64,000 bases of DNA from a virus: positions 32,001-96,000 of the IMG/VR virus record IMGVR_UViG_3300037760_000114. The stretch is one strand, 5' to 3'. Every line of letters begins with the position of its first letter. The stretch's first letter is position 1. Made by a program: the position numbers and the translations under genes. Shown here in pieces: positions 1 through 9,274 of this stretch. The notes below the pieces were generated by a model. The model was given only the letters and a program-made list of their open reading frames with translations. It made no database searches and was not told the origin of the DNA.

Positions 1-526
1 GATATTCGCTAGCTTCCATCGCGGCGGCAAACTTGCCGTAGGAGGCGCTGTAGTCGTCGATGCGCACGGCGATCGCCCCCTCCGGGTTGCCGTACACGCC
101 ACGGATCAGGGACAGTACCGCCGAGCGGCCAAGCTGGATACCCTGCTCCTGCGACGTGTAGCCGTGGCTATAGACCACCTCCACCATCGACGGTTCCCAC
201 CGGTGCCGCTGCCAGCCGCACGCCCGCCACAGCCGAGCACCGAACCGCCTATAGCCGCTGCCCTCGGCCAGCTGGTCCCCGTCGAGCGCCACCGAGGTCA
301 CCGACCGGGCCGGGTATTGCGGCAGCTGCAGCCAGGACTCGATCCCGCCCAGGATCTGGTACGTGGCGTCCTCGACCAGCAGGATCCGCTGCGGCGGCCG
401 GCCGGTGGCCTCCTGCACAACAGCGGTGGCGGCCTCGACCAGCAGGATCGCCTTGTTCAGGTCGAAGTCGTCGCCCAACTCCAGCAGCCTGCCGATGTCC
501 AGCGGGTCCGCCAGCCGGTCAGCCAT
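1..526 (-). CDS. Head-to-tail adaptor/connector (partial, runs off the left edge)
   Basis: Manual translation from ATG 526: MADRLADPLDIGRLLELG...LLVEAATAVVQEA...LQLPQYPARSVTSV...VEVVYSHGY; position downstream of the capsid. Confidence 0.7.
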   Translation of the reverse strand, partial: MADRLADPLDIGRLLELGDDFDLNKAILLVEAATAVVQEATGRPPQRILLVEDATYQILGGIESWLQLPQYPARSVTSVALDGDQLAEGSGYRRFGARLWRACGWQRHRWEPSMVEVVYSHGYTSQEQGIQLGRSAVLSLIRGVYGNPEGAIAVRIDDYSASYGKFAAAMEASEY

Positions 527-535
527 CGCAGCGGC

Positions 536-2020
536 CTAGCCTGCGACCTTGGTCAGGGTGGAGACCAGCGTGGAGCGTGGCTTGTCGCGGGCCTGTTCCG
601 CGTCCAGCGCCCGCCGCGCCCGGTCGGGGTCGTCGCCGACCCAGCCCAGGATTTCCTTGGCGCCGCCGGCGGGAACCTCCGACCCGTCGGCCAGGTCCTT
701 CGGCGCCGGGTCGTCCGCGGCGGAATCGTCGCCGCCTTCGTCGCTGCCGTCGGCCGGGTCATCCTCCGGATCACCCAAGTCGGCACCCGTCGGCTGCGGC
801 TCCCGCGCTCCCTCGGCAGGGGCAGATTCGGCCAGCCCTCCGGCCGGCTCTACCGTCTCCGGCGCGGCGACGACGCCGAGATCCCGATACTGGGACTTCA
901 ACAGCTCGGCGATCGCATCCGGGTTACGGGTCACCACCACCCCATCACGGAACCGGACACGCGCACGGGGCACCTGCAGCTGGGGATACTTCGGGCTGAA
1001 AAACTTCATCGCAGGTCCGTTCCATACACGTCGGGGCCGAGGAATCGGCCGGGTCGACTTCTCCAGATCCAGCAGGAATTCGGCGTGCAACTTGCCGCCG
1101 TGGCCACGCACAGCAGTAGGTAGCACCTGCTCTGCGAACTCGATCTCTTGATCGGTCATGCCGTGCTCGGCCGCCGCCTGCACCTGTTCGGCCAGTTCCT
1201 CGGGCCGGTCAGCGTGCCAGCCGATCCGCTCCCGGTAGACCCTGGCCTCCTGCGTGGTGCCGCCCGCGCGGGTCAGGTTCCGCTCACCGACCAGCCACCG
1301 GGGCAGCGCCACGGGAATGCCGCAGCACCACGCTTCGTAGATGGTCGATCCGCCGTCCGCTATGCACACATCGGCGCCCACGTACTGCGGCAGCGTCGCC
1401 CGACGACCCTTGGAGTGGCGCGGATGCGGCGCCTCCACAATGAGGAACCGGTCCGGGTCGAGCAGAGCCAGCAGATCGTCGCGGTGCCACCAGCTGGTCG
1501 CCTTCGCCCCGGGCGCGTTGGGGTTGCCGTCGCGATGCCGCTCAGACCCGCCGCCGTGCGTCGGCGCCCACAGCACCCGGATGCGGCCGTCCCGCTCCGG
1601 CCACGGCGACTCAATCCGACCGTTGTGGATCGGGTCCAGCTTCGGGTAGCCGAGCTGATGCACCCGCTCCTTCGGCACCCGGGACCGCAGCACTTCCTCA
1701 TACAGACTCGGCCCAGGCACGGTCACGTGGGAGAAAGCCAGCGCCCGGGCGCCGTTTCGGTAGCCTTTCGAAGCGATCCCGTGTGAGATCAGAACCGACG
1801 CCCGCTCACCCCGCCACGAATCTTCCCGGTAGGTGGCACGGTGGTTCATATAGACATTGACGTACGGCCCGGGAATCGGGTGACGCCGGATCTGCGCCAG
1901 CTCACCCGGGAGGGCGGCGAGGATTGGCCCCAGATACCTGTCCGCCTGCCCGCCTGCGATCAGCTGGTCGCGCCGGTCGTCCCACGACGTTTCATTGGCC
2001 AGTAGGTGGATGGGGGTCAC
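536..2020 (-). CDS. CDP-glycerol glycerophosphotransferase (TagF-like GT-B) domain fused to a C-terminal small virion-type domain
   Basis: ISHGIASK, LGYPKLD, VLWAPTH and ADVCIADGGSTIYE resemble TagF-family motifs; GTG 2020 overlaps the upstream stop (GTGA). Confidence 0.65.
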   Translation of the reverse strand: MTPIHLLANETSWDDRRDQLIAGGQADRYLGPILAALPGELAQIRRHPIPGPYVNVYMNHRATYREDSWRGERASVLISHGIASKGYRNGARALAFSHVTVPGPSLYEEVLRSRVPKERVHQLGYPKLDPIHNGRIESPWPERDGRIRVLWAPTHGGGSERHRDGNPNAPGAKATSWWHRDDLLALLDPDRFLIVEAPHPRHSKGRRATLPQYVGADVCIADGGSTIYEAWCCGIPVALPRWLVGERNLTRAGGTTQEARVYRERIGWHADRPEELAEQVQAAAEHGMTDQEIEFAEQVLPTAVRGHGGKLHAEFLLDLEKSTRPIPRPRRVWNGPAMKFFSPKYPQLQVPRARVRFRDGVVVTRNPDAIAELLKSQYRDLGVVAAPETVEPAGGLAESAPAEGAREPQPTGADLGDPEDDPADGSDEGGDDSAADDPAPKDLADGSEVPAGGAKEILGWVGDDPDRARRALDAEQARDKPRSTLVSTLTKVAG

Positions 2021-2814
2021 CGCAACTCCGTGTCTATCCGGCGCCGTAGCCGCCTGGCCTCGGCGGCAACCTGGGCAGCAACAGCGGGTGGTACCGCTTG
2101 GCGCAGCAGCTTCGCGGCGGCATCGGCGGTGGGCTGTTGCCGCATCGCCCGCCACAGTCGCCGCTGCCTACGGCGCACCTTGCGGCGGTAGGCGGTGCCC
2201 TGCCCGTAAACGGAGGAGGTCAGCAACGACCCGGACCGCTCAACCCGGTGATACGACGGGTCATCGACCACTGTCACGTTGCCGTGGATCCATGCGGCGG
2301 TCGTCATGATCTGGTCCCACGCCACCCGCTGCCCGGGATGGCACCACCGGCGAGCGTGCCCGGTGCGCCACAGCGACGACAGGTGGCCGGTCACCCGGAT
2401 TCCCGGCACTGTGCCGGGCGGTCGCACCGGCCGGACCGTGGCCTGGGCGCCGCGGTGGTTGGCCCACGGCGTGACCACGATGTCCGTCTGCTCGTCGACG
2501 ACGGCCAGCAACGCGGCCAGCCGGTGCGGCTCGATCCAGTCGTCGGCGTCGACCGGCATCCACCACCGGTACGGGTTGGCGGTCAGGGCAACAGAATCCG
2601 TGAAGTAGCGGCCCCGGTTGGCGGTCAGGTCGTGGCGGATCAGCCTGGGGTCGTCGATGTCGGCCAGCGTGCGCCACGGCGGGGTGGTGGTGTCGCCGTC
2701 GTTGAGCACCACCAATACGAAGTCGCGGTAGGTCTGTGTGAGGATCGAGTCGACCGCGCGGCGGATCGTCCCGGGCGATCGCCAGTAGGGGATGGAGATC
2801 AGGACCTCAGCCAC
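2017..2814 (-). CDS. Family 2 glycosyltransferase
   Basis: ISIPYW...RAVDSILTQTYRDFVLVVLNDGD, NRGR, DxD motif VDADD. Confidence 0.85.
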   Translation of the reverse strand: MAEVLISIPYWRSPGTIRRAVDSILTQTYRDFVLVVLNDGDTTTPPWRTLADIDDPRLIRHDLTANRGRYFTDSVALTANPYRWWMPVDADDWIEPHRLAALLAVVDEQTDIVVTPWANHRGAQATVRPVRPPGTVPGIRVTGHLSSLWRTGHARRWCHPGQRVAWDQIMTTAAWIHGNVTVVDDPSYHRVERSGSLLTSSVYGQGTAYRRKVRRRQRRLWRAMRQQPTADAAAKLLRQAVPPAVAAQVAAEARRLRRRIDTELR

Positions 2815-3581
2815 GCCGCCCCCATCCTGCGGTCCCACTCCGGCACGTGTCGGGTTCGGCCCCACGTCGGCACCGGGGTCTGCTCCGCGAACAGAAGCCC
2901 CTGACTGTCCTCGTAGAAGTCCACACGCATGTATGCCGTGCCGACGGCGGCGAGGTAGCGGCGGGCCGCGGCGATCATCGCCTCGCCGTTCACGGGCCGG
3001 GGCAAGCTGGTATCAACGGCGGCCTTCGTGCGGGCCCACGGATGCACCTGCCGCCACAGGTCGCGGGGGTCCCAGGCGTTGACCCGTTTGTCCCCGCCCA
3101 CAACGGCGGGGTTGTGCCCGGCGGTCACCAACTCCACCCCGCGCCGGAAGGTGTGCAGCCGGTACGAGATCGGTGGCGAGCCGTCGGGGGTAGCCGATGC
3201 CTCGACGAACCAGGGCCCGTGGATCTGGTCGTGCACGCGTCGCCGCTCGTTGCCGTCCGCCGCCTGCCGGGCCAGGTCCAGCACCTCGGGCCAGGTGCGC
3301 ACCGTCCCGTCGGGCAGGGCGTAGCCGCCCACGACCGGGCGCAGCAGCAGCACCGCCCGCCCAGTCGAGCCCGCGTCCGGCTTGAGCACCGCCGAGCGGC
3401 CCGGGTCTGGCGGGTCTAGGCGGGCGAGGAAGCTAGGGCCGGACAACAGCGTCGGGACCCGGATACCCAGCCGTCCGGCGAGCGCCCTGCCGGCGAGCTT
3501 GCGGTCATGGGTCCAGGCGGGATGGTCAGCGGGCCACCTACGGGCCTGCCGCAGCAACCGATCGAACGACGGTGCGCTCAC
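2799..3581 (-). CDS. ATP-grasp fold amidoligase (TupA-like)
   Basis: DRKL...GIRVPTL, VLKPDAGSTG, WFVE, YMRVDFY...LFAEQTPVP; GTGA overlap. Confidence 0.7.
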   Translation of the reverse strand: MSAPSFDRLLRQARRWPADHPAWTHDRKLAGRALAGRLGIRVPTLLSGPSFLARLDPPDPGRSAVLKPDAGSTGRAVLLLRPVVGGYALPDGTVRTWPEVLDLARQAADGNERRRVHDQIHGPWFVEASATPDGSPPISYRLHTFRRGVELVTAGHNPAVVGGDKRVNAWDPRDLWRQVHPWARTKAAVDTSLPRPVNGEAMIAAARRYLAAVGTAYMRVDFYEDSQGLLFAEQTPVPTWGRTRHVPEWDRRMGAAWLRS

Positions 3582-4156
3582 CGGTAGCCGTACTCCTGCG
3601 CCATCGAGATCAGGCCGGGGATGTGTTCCACCTGCTGCCACGTCAACTCCGGCCCGGCCGCCGGACGGCTACCCACCGGCGGTGGCAGAGCCACAGGCTG
3701 ACCCACCCGGCCAGTGACGGTCACCAACCGGGACACCGTGTCCGGGGTGATGTCCTCCAGCCGCAGCAGCTCAGCAGCACCCGCGACGAGCCGGTTCCAC
3801 GCCACCCAGTGCAGCGCCGCCCGCTCCAGCTCCGTGCGGCCCTCGCGGACCTCCGGCACCTGCCGGTACATCCACGCCGCCAGCTTCGGATAGGTGGGAC
3901 GGTCCGCGAACAACCCACCGGACATCCGGGAGCGGATGACCGCCAACGGATGCCTGACCAGATGCACCACGTACGCGTCGGGAACCGGCGTGTACGGCGC
4001 GGCCGGCCAGGATGCTTCCGCCAGCCAGTTCCCGTCACCGTGGCGGCGACGGGTCCAATGCCGCTCGTGCGTGCACGGCAACCCTGCCTGTGTGAGCGCG
4101 GCGGCGATCCACTGCGTACCGCAGCGCCCAGTACCGGTGACCAGCAGCAGCCTCAC
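3578..4156 (-). CDS. Sulfotransferase-like P-loop protein
   Basis: PAPS-binding-like motifs VTGTGRCGT and VHLVRHPLAVIRS; LRLEDI. Confidence 0.7.
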   Translation of the reverse strand: MRLLLVTGTGRCGTQWIAAALTQAGLPCTHERHWTRRRHGDGNWLAEASWPAAPYTPVPDAYVVHLVRHPLAVIRSRMSGGLFADRPTYPKLAAWMYRQVPEVREGRTELERAALHWVAWNRLVAGAAELLRLEDITPDTVSRLVTVTGRVGQPVALPPPVGSRPAAGPELTWQQVEHIPGLISMAQEYGYR

Positions 4157-4794
4157 AGGGTCCGCCGCACGATGAGCACGCCCCGCCGCTGTGGTCGCCG
4201 CTGCCACCGGATCAGCTGGCCGGGCCAGTCCCAGCCGGCGGCGTCTAGGACCCGCCGGGCGCCCTCGACCACGCCGTAGGTGGGCCGGGCGGCGTCGTGC
4301 AGCACCACCACCGCGCTTGGCGACAGATGCGGCAGCCACGCCCGCAGATCCGCCTCCACCTCGGCGGAGCCGTGGCCGGCGTCGTGCCACAGCAGCCCAA
4401 CCGGCGGCCCCGCCCACTGCTGCGCTGCCGAGGTGGCCAACTCACGCCGTACGGTCAGCACCGCGTCAGTGGCGCCGATCGCAGCCATGTGCGCCTGGAA
4501 TTCGGCCTCGGCACCCGCAGCGGCGCGGACCCGACCCGTGTAGGCACCACTGCGGGTGCCCCACGGATCCACCGTGGTGACGTGCGCCCCGTGGCCGTCC
4601 TGAGCACCCAGCAGCAGCCAACCAGTAGACCGCCCTTGATAGGCGCCCAACTCCACGACTGCTTGATCGGCTGGAACTTCGGCCGCCAGCCGTCGAAGCA
4701 GTTGGCACGCCCCGAGTTCCACCTTGCCGGGGGCACGGTGACCCGGACGCCAGTCAGTGACGACCGACTCCCGGATCACCGCGCCCTCAACCAC
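4153..4794 (-). CDS. Class I SAM-dependent methyltransferase (Methyltransf_24-like)
   Basis: VVELGAYQGRST, VDPW, LLWHDAGH, VVVLHD. Confidence 0.85.
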   Translation of the reverse strand: MVEGAVIRESVVTDWRPGHRAPGKVELGACQLLRRLAAEVPADQAVVELGAYQGRSTGWLLLGAQDGHGAHVTTVDPWGTRSGAYTGRVRAAAGAEAEFQAHMAAIGATDAVLTVRRELATSAAQQWAGPPVGLLWHDAGHGSAEVEADLRAWLPHLSPSAVVVLHDAARPTYGVVEGARRVLDAAGWDWPGQLIRWQRRPQRRGVLIVRRTL

Positions 4795-4796
4795 GG

Positions 4797-5786
4797 TCAG
4801 GACTCCTCGCCGTCAGCCAGGCCGGTGATCTTCCCGTGGGTCTTCTCGTTGCCGTACTTCAGCCCGATCTCGCCGTAGATCTGCCGGGTGTCGGAAGCGC
4901 CCACCTTCGCCAGCGGCTCCTCGAACAGGAACCCCTTGCCGGGGATCTCCAGGAACACCGGTGCGCACTGCTCCAGGCTGACCACCTGAAGCGCATCGGT
5001 CGGCATGTGCCGGTTCAACATGACGTTCAGGTCACCGAAGTCGGTGCTGATGGTCATGACCCGAACCCCGGCCACGGTACGGGACTGCTCCTGGTAGTTC
5101 TTGTCCGTGATGAAAATCTTCGTCAGGGCACGCTTCTGGTGCCCGTTGACCATCACCGCGGCGGTGTCGGCCATGGAGATGCCGCCGTTTTCCCACACGG
5201 ACTGGAGCAGGTCCAGCACCATGGCTTCGGTGAGTGCCCCACCCCCAGCGGCGACCACATTGGTGACGGTCGCCTCCAGGATGCCGCGGGTGCGGCGCGG
5301 CTCACCGTTGGTGGACGGGTTGTTGTGGGTGCCGGAGATGAAGCTGCGCTCCACGTCGCGGGCGATCTGCACCAGGTGCTGCTGCAGCTGCCACGCCGTC
5401 TCATCCCCAACCGGGTTCACACCCGAGATCCCGACCGATCCCGGGTGGTTGGAGCCGGTGGAGTTGTACTGGCCGGTCGCGGCCTGCTTGGTGTAGGAGA
5501 TCTCCACGAACTCCTGGTGGATCTCCACCACGTTCGCCACGTTGAACCGGACCCGCGCCTCCTTGTCGCCGCTCTGCGCCGCATAGCCCTCGACCCGCTG
5601 CCGGGTCGCGGAGGCGTCACGCAGGTCGAAACCCTGCCACTGGAACAGCGTCGAATCGGTCCGCTCCCCGCCAGTCAGGCCACCGATCGCCGAAAGGAAC
5701 GGCGTGTCGGTCGGGGTGACTGCAAACAGAGCCCCCACAAAGTTCGGAAGGTTGAAAGTGGTTCCCTGCCCGGTAATACCCGCCAT
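4797..5786 (-). CDS. Major capsid protein
   Basis: 329 aa directly after the scaffold; TFNLPNFVG, DTPFLSAIGGL, IYGEIGLKYG. Confidence 0.85.
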   Translation of the reverse strand: MAGITGQGTTFNLPNFVGALFAVTPTDTPFLSAIGGLTGGERTDSTLFQWQGFDLRDASATRQRVEGYAAQSGDKEARVRFNVANVVEIHQEFVEISYTKQAATGQYNSTGSNHPGSVGISGVNPVGDETAWQLQQHLVQIARDVERSFISGTHNNPSTNGEPRRTRGILEATVTNVVAAGGGALTEAMVLDLLQSVWENGGISMADTAAVMVNGHQKRALTKIFITDKNYQEQSRTVAGVRVMTISTDFGDLNVMLNRHMPTDALQVVSLEQCAPVFLEIPGKGFLFEEPLAKVGASDTRQIYGEIGLKYGNEKTHGKITGLADGEES

Positions 5787-5838
5787 GGGGTTCTACCTCC
5801 TCATCTGTCGGGCACAGCCGGGCCGGCCTGCCCTCGGT

Positions 5839-6657
5839 TTACTTGGGTTGCGCCTGGGCGGCGCGTTGCCGCTCTAGCGCGATGTGCGTCTTGATGTCGC
5901 CCTTGGCCAGGGCTTCCTGGATCTGGGCGTTGATGTCGACGGGGCCGCGTGCCCCCTGCGACGGGTCCGGCTTCGGTACTTGCGATGCGGGTGGGGCAGG
6001 CTGCCCGTTAGGCGCCGGCTCAGCCGGTTCAGGGGCAACCGCAGGCGCCTTGGGGAACAGCGCCAGCAACGCCTCGGCGTCGGCCGCCAGATCCTCGCGG
6101 GTCTTGCCGACCAGCCGTGCCGCCTGCTCCCGGGTAAGGCCCTTCTCTGCCGCGACTTCGGCCCGGAACCGTTCCATGCGTTCGGTTTCGGCGGTCAGCC
6201 GCAGCTGAGCCATCTCTTCCTGGAGCCGTTCGGTGTCGGACTTCTCCTCTTCGGGGACAGCGGCCTTGCGGATCTGGGCGAAGATCTCCGCCGCTGGCTG
6301 CAACGCCTCCAGCTGCTTCTTGAGATCCGCCATCTGCTGCTCGGTTTCCTTGCGGCGTTCCCGTTCGGCCGCGAGTGCCTTCTTGCCGCCCTCGCCGAGG
6401 GGTTCGTCAGCTAGCTTCGGCTCAGGCTCCGGCTGGCCCGTCGCGGGCTGGCCGGATGGCACGAACCCGGGCGGGGTTGGCGGAGCTGGAGCGGGCGGTG
6501 GGGTTGGCGTCGGCTCCGGTGTGGGTGCCGGCTGGTTGGTGGGTTCAGGTTGCGGTGTGGTGCCGTCGCCTCCCATGACCGGCCAGATCGGTCGGCCGTC
6601 GCGGCGCAACCCGATCGCGTGCATTCTGGTTCGTGGATGGACAGGGAGCCGGGTCAT
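5839..6657 (-). CDS. Capsid scaffolding protein
   Basis: Pro-rich ends, LGEGGKKALAAER coiled coil, PKPDPSQG; precedes the capsid gene. Confidence 0.8.
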   Translation of the reverse strand: MTRLPVHPRTRMHAIGLRRDGRPIWPVMGGDGTTPQPEPTNQPAPTPEPTPTPPPAPAPPTPPGFVPSGQPATGQPEPEPKLADEPLGEGGKKALAAERERRKETEQQMADLKKQLEALQPAAEIFAQIRKAAVPEEEKSDTERLQEEMAQLRLTAETERMERFRAEVAAEKGLTREQAARLVGKTREDLAADAEALLALFPKAPAVAPEPAEPAPNGQPAPPASQVPKPDPSQGARGPVDINAQIQEALAKGDIKTHIALERQRAAQAQPK

Positions 6658-6763
6658 CGCGACCCTCCCTTGAAGGTTGCGCAGGGCGGCGTCGCGCCAC
6701 CTGCTTGGTTGGTGTTTGACGGGCTGGGCATCGCGCCCAAGCGATCCCCGTAACCGGGGGAGT

Positions 6764-7792
6764 TCAGGTGATGTAGCCGAAGCGGCGCAGCAGACGGATA
6801 GCGGCGTCGCGTCCGGTGGCGTCGGCCAGGATCTGCTCAGGCATCAAACGGGGGATGTTGACCCGCTGCCGGATCACCTGCCGCTCAACGGGACCGCTGC
6901 GGGAGGTCCGGGTAACCGTTTCCGCCTGGATACCCTGCAAGCGGGCACCCTCGGCGATGAGCCGGCTGCCGGCCACTCCCCGGCGGGTGATGCCCTCCAA
7001 GGTGTGCTGAATCTCCCGCCCGAAAACGACCGAGGACTGCATGCCGCGACGGGCGTTGACGACTTGGCTCATGTCGGCGCCGAGGCGGATCGCCTCCGCA
7101 CCGCTGGTGGTGAAGATCCGGTCCTGCTCCTCCGGGGACAGGGAGTCGAAGTAGGCACGCGGGTCCGTAAACAGGTCCCCGGCGCGGTCCTCAGCGGAGG
7201 GAATCCCCACACAGTTGCAGGACGGGTGGCGAAGAAACCCGGCGTCCCACCGGTACCAGCGGCCAGCCAGGATCGCACACCGGGCGCAGGCGCCAGGGCT
7301 GACCATCCGCACATACCCCTGCGCGGCCGGTCGTACGGCTGTCGCCAACTCGTCGGCTACCCGGCCCGCGTCGGCTATCTGCGTCCGGACGATCATGTCC
7401 AGGGTCGCGTAGCCGCCGGCGAGCGCCCGAGCCTCCTGCATACCGGCGCCCAGGGCCGCCAGCGTGGTGAACATGGGCTGCATCAGCAGCGTGTCCAGCG
7501 GCCGGCCGTCGGAGGCGATCCCGGCCAGGGCGCGGGCGTTGACCGCACCCACCGCAGTCGGGTCCAGTCCCTGTTCGGCCAGCACCCGGTCGAGGTAGAG
7601 GGCGGACGAGGCGGCGGACAACAGCTGCGCCCCCGCCACCGCCAGCAGCATCCGGGGTAGTTGCGCCAGCCACGTCGCGTTGACCGCGGCCGGGTTGACC
7701 CGCTGCCACGCCCGCCGCGCCTCCTGACGCACGTTCCCGATGACCCGGTCGCGGGTGGCCGCATGCCGCCGGGCCACAGCCAGCGCCGGCAT
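6764..7792 (-). CDS. Minor head/maturation protein (MuF-like)
   Basis: CARCAILAGR...RHPSCNC; lies between portal and scaffold. Confidence 0.7.
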   Translation of the reverse strand: MPALAVARRHAATRDRVIGNVRQEARRAWQRVNPAAVNATWLAQLPRMLLAVAGAQLLSAASSALYLDRVLAEQGLDPTAVGAVNARALAGIASDGRPLDTLLMQPMFTTLAALGAGMQEARALAGGYATLDMIVRTQIADAGRVADELATAVRPAAQGYVRMVSPGACARCAILAGRWYRWDAGFLRHPSCNCVGIPSAEDRAGDLFTDPRAYFDSLSPEEQDRIFTTSGAEAIRLGADMSQVVNARRGMQSSVVFGREIQHTLEGITRRGVAGSRLIAEGARLQGIQAETVTRTSRSGPVERQVIRQRVNIPRLMPEQILADATGRDAAIRLLRRFGYIT

Positions 7793-7795
7793 GCT

Positions 7796-9265
7796 CTACC
7801 CGACCGGGACAGGCACAGGCTCGGGCTCCTCCGCCAGTGCGCCGACATCCGCTAGGTCCGGCGCCCGGCCGCCCGCAGCAAGTTTGCGGGCGATCTCAGC
7901 CAACGGATCGTCCAGCGCCGACTGCTGATCCTCGGCCTCCATCCGGCCGATCTGCACATCGGTGTAGCCCAGATCCTCCCGGGCCTGACGCAAGGTGATG
8001 ATCGGACGCGGCGTGGTGGAGAACAGCTTCACGGTGGCGTCGGCCTTCTGCGCCACCGTCGGGGTGGAGGCGTCGCGCCAGCTGACCTCCAGCCGCTTCA
8101 GCCGCACGTCCCACTCGCCGGTCTGGAAGCGGCGCACCAGCCGCATCGTGCGTTCCCACGATCCGCCGAAGTTGCGCTGCTTGCGTTCGGCCCGCTTCAC
8201 CAGTCTGGATTCGGCCGACCGGATCGCGTCCGCGCTGGCCGGGTTGTCGGTGGTGAAGCCCAGATAGTGCGGCGGCAAGCCGGCGACCGCGGCGGTCACC
8301 CGCGCCAAGGTGTTGATCGACTCGTGGAAGTTGCTCAACGACGCGGCCGGGAACTGGAACTCCTTGCCGTCCTTGTTCTTTAGTGTGAACAGCCGGCCCA
8401 TGATGGCCTGCAACGCGGTGAGCTTGTTACCCATCTCGTCTTCGAGATCACCCGGTCCGATACCGAAGAAGCCGCGCAGCGGCAGAGCCTGAAACTCGGC
8501 CCCCAGCATCATGTCCGTGGCGAGCTTGTTCGCCGCATCCGACAGGGGGATGATCGGCGCCAGCTCGCTGGTGCCGTACCGCGGCTGCGTCACCCCGTGG
8601 GCGACACGCTGACCCGCGCGCAGCCGGGGCCGATTCAGCAGCGGTACTACCGGCACCTCGCCGAGGCCATGCTCATCTCGGTCGACCTCTTTCCAGCCGC
8701 CCTGCCACTCGTAGTAGCTGGTGCGGTCGGGCAGGTACAGGGTGGCGTACCGGTGCGTCATGGTCGTGAACGACTCGACCTCGGCGACCCGCCGCAGCGC
8801 CGCCCGCACCCGCCGGGTCCGCGGGTCGATCTCGGCGAAAATCTCCAGCGGAGACTCCACGGTCACCCGCGGCGTGGCAGCGTCGTCCTCGTTGGTACCG
8901 ACACAGACCGCAGCCCGACCCATCGTCAGCGTGTCGACATGCCCCTGCTCGCTCTGCTCGTCGAGGTCGTTGTCCTGCCACACCCGCCACAGGTCCTTGT
9001 CGCCCTCGACCTCATCCGGCAGCCGGAAACCCTCCACGTCGAGGCGTTCCTCCACCGTGTCGACCACCAGCTGCGGCCAGCCGATGATCACCGGTGCGAT
9101 GCGGTCGCCCACCTCCCGCAGAATCTCGGGATGCATGTACGTGAGCGGCTGCTGACCCTCGTAGTACCGGTCATAGGCTTCCAGCCGGGGAATCTCGGCG
9201 TCGTGCATGCGGGCCAGCCGGTTCACCCAGCCGGCGTCGGTGTCAGGAAGCGTCGGCACAGCCAC
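7796..9265 (-). CDS. Portal protein (SPP1 gp6-like)
   Basis: YYEGQQPL, ERLDVEGFR, HGLGEVPVVPL, NPASADAIR. Confidence 0.9.
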   Translation of the reverse strand: MAVPTLPDTDAGWVNRLARMHDAEIPRLEAYDRYYEGQQPLTYMHPEILREVGDRIAPVIIGWPQLVVDTVEERLDVEGFRLPDEVEGDKDLWRVWQDNDLDEQSEQGHVDTLTMGRAAVCVGTNEDDAATPRVTVESPLEIFAEIDPRTRRVRAALRRVAEVESFTTMTHRYATLYLPDRTSYYEWQGGWKEVDRDEHGLGEVPVVPLLNRPRLRAGQRVAHGVTQPRYGTSELAPIIPLSDAANKLATDMMLGAEFQALPLRGFFGIGPGDLEDEMGNKLTALQAIMGRLFTLKNKDGKEFQFPAASLSNFHESINTLARVTAAVAGLPPHYLGFTTDNPASADAIRSAESRLVKRAERKQRNFGGSWERTMRLVRRFQTGEWDVRLKRLEVSWRDASTPTVAQKADATVKLFSTTPRPIITLRQAREDLGYTDVQIGRMEAEDQQSALDDPLAEIARKLAAGGRAPDLADVGALAEEPEPVPVPVG

Positions 9266-9274
9266 CCCCCTGAC

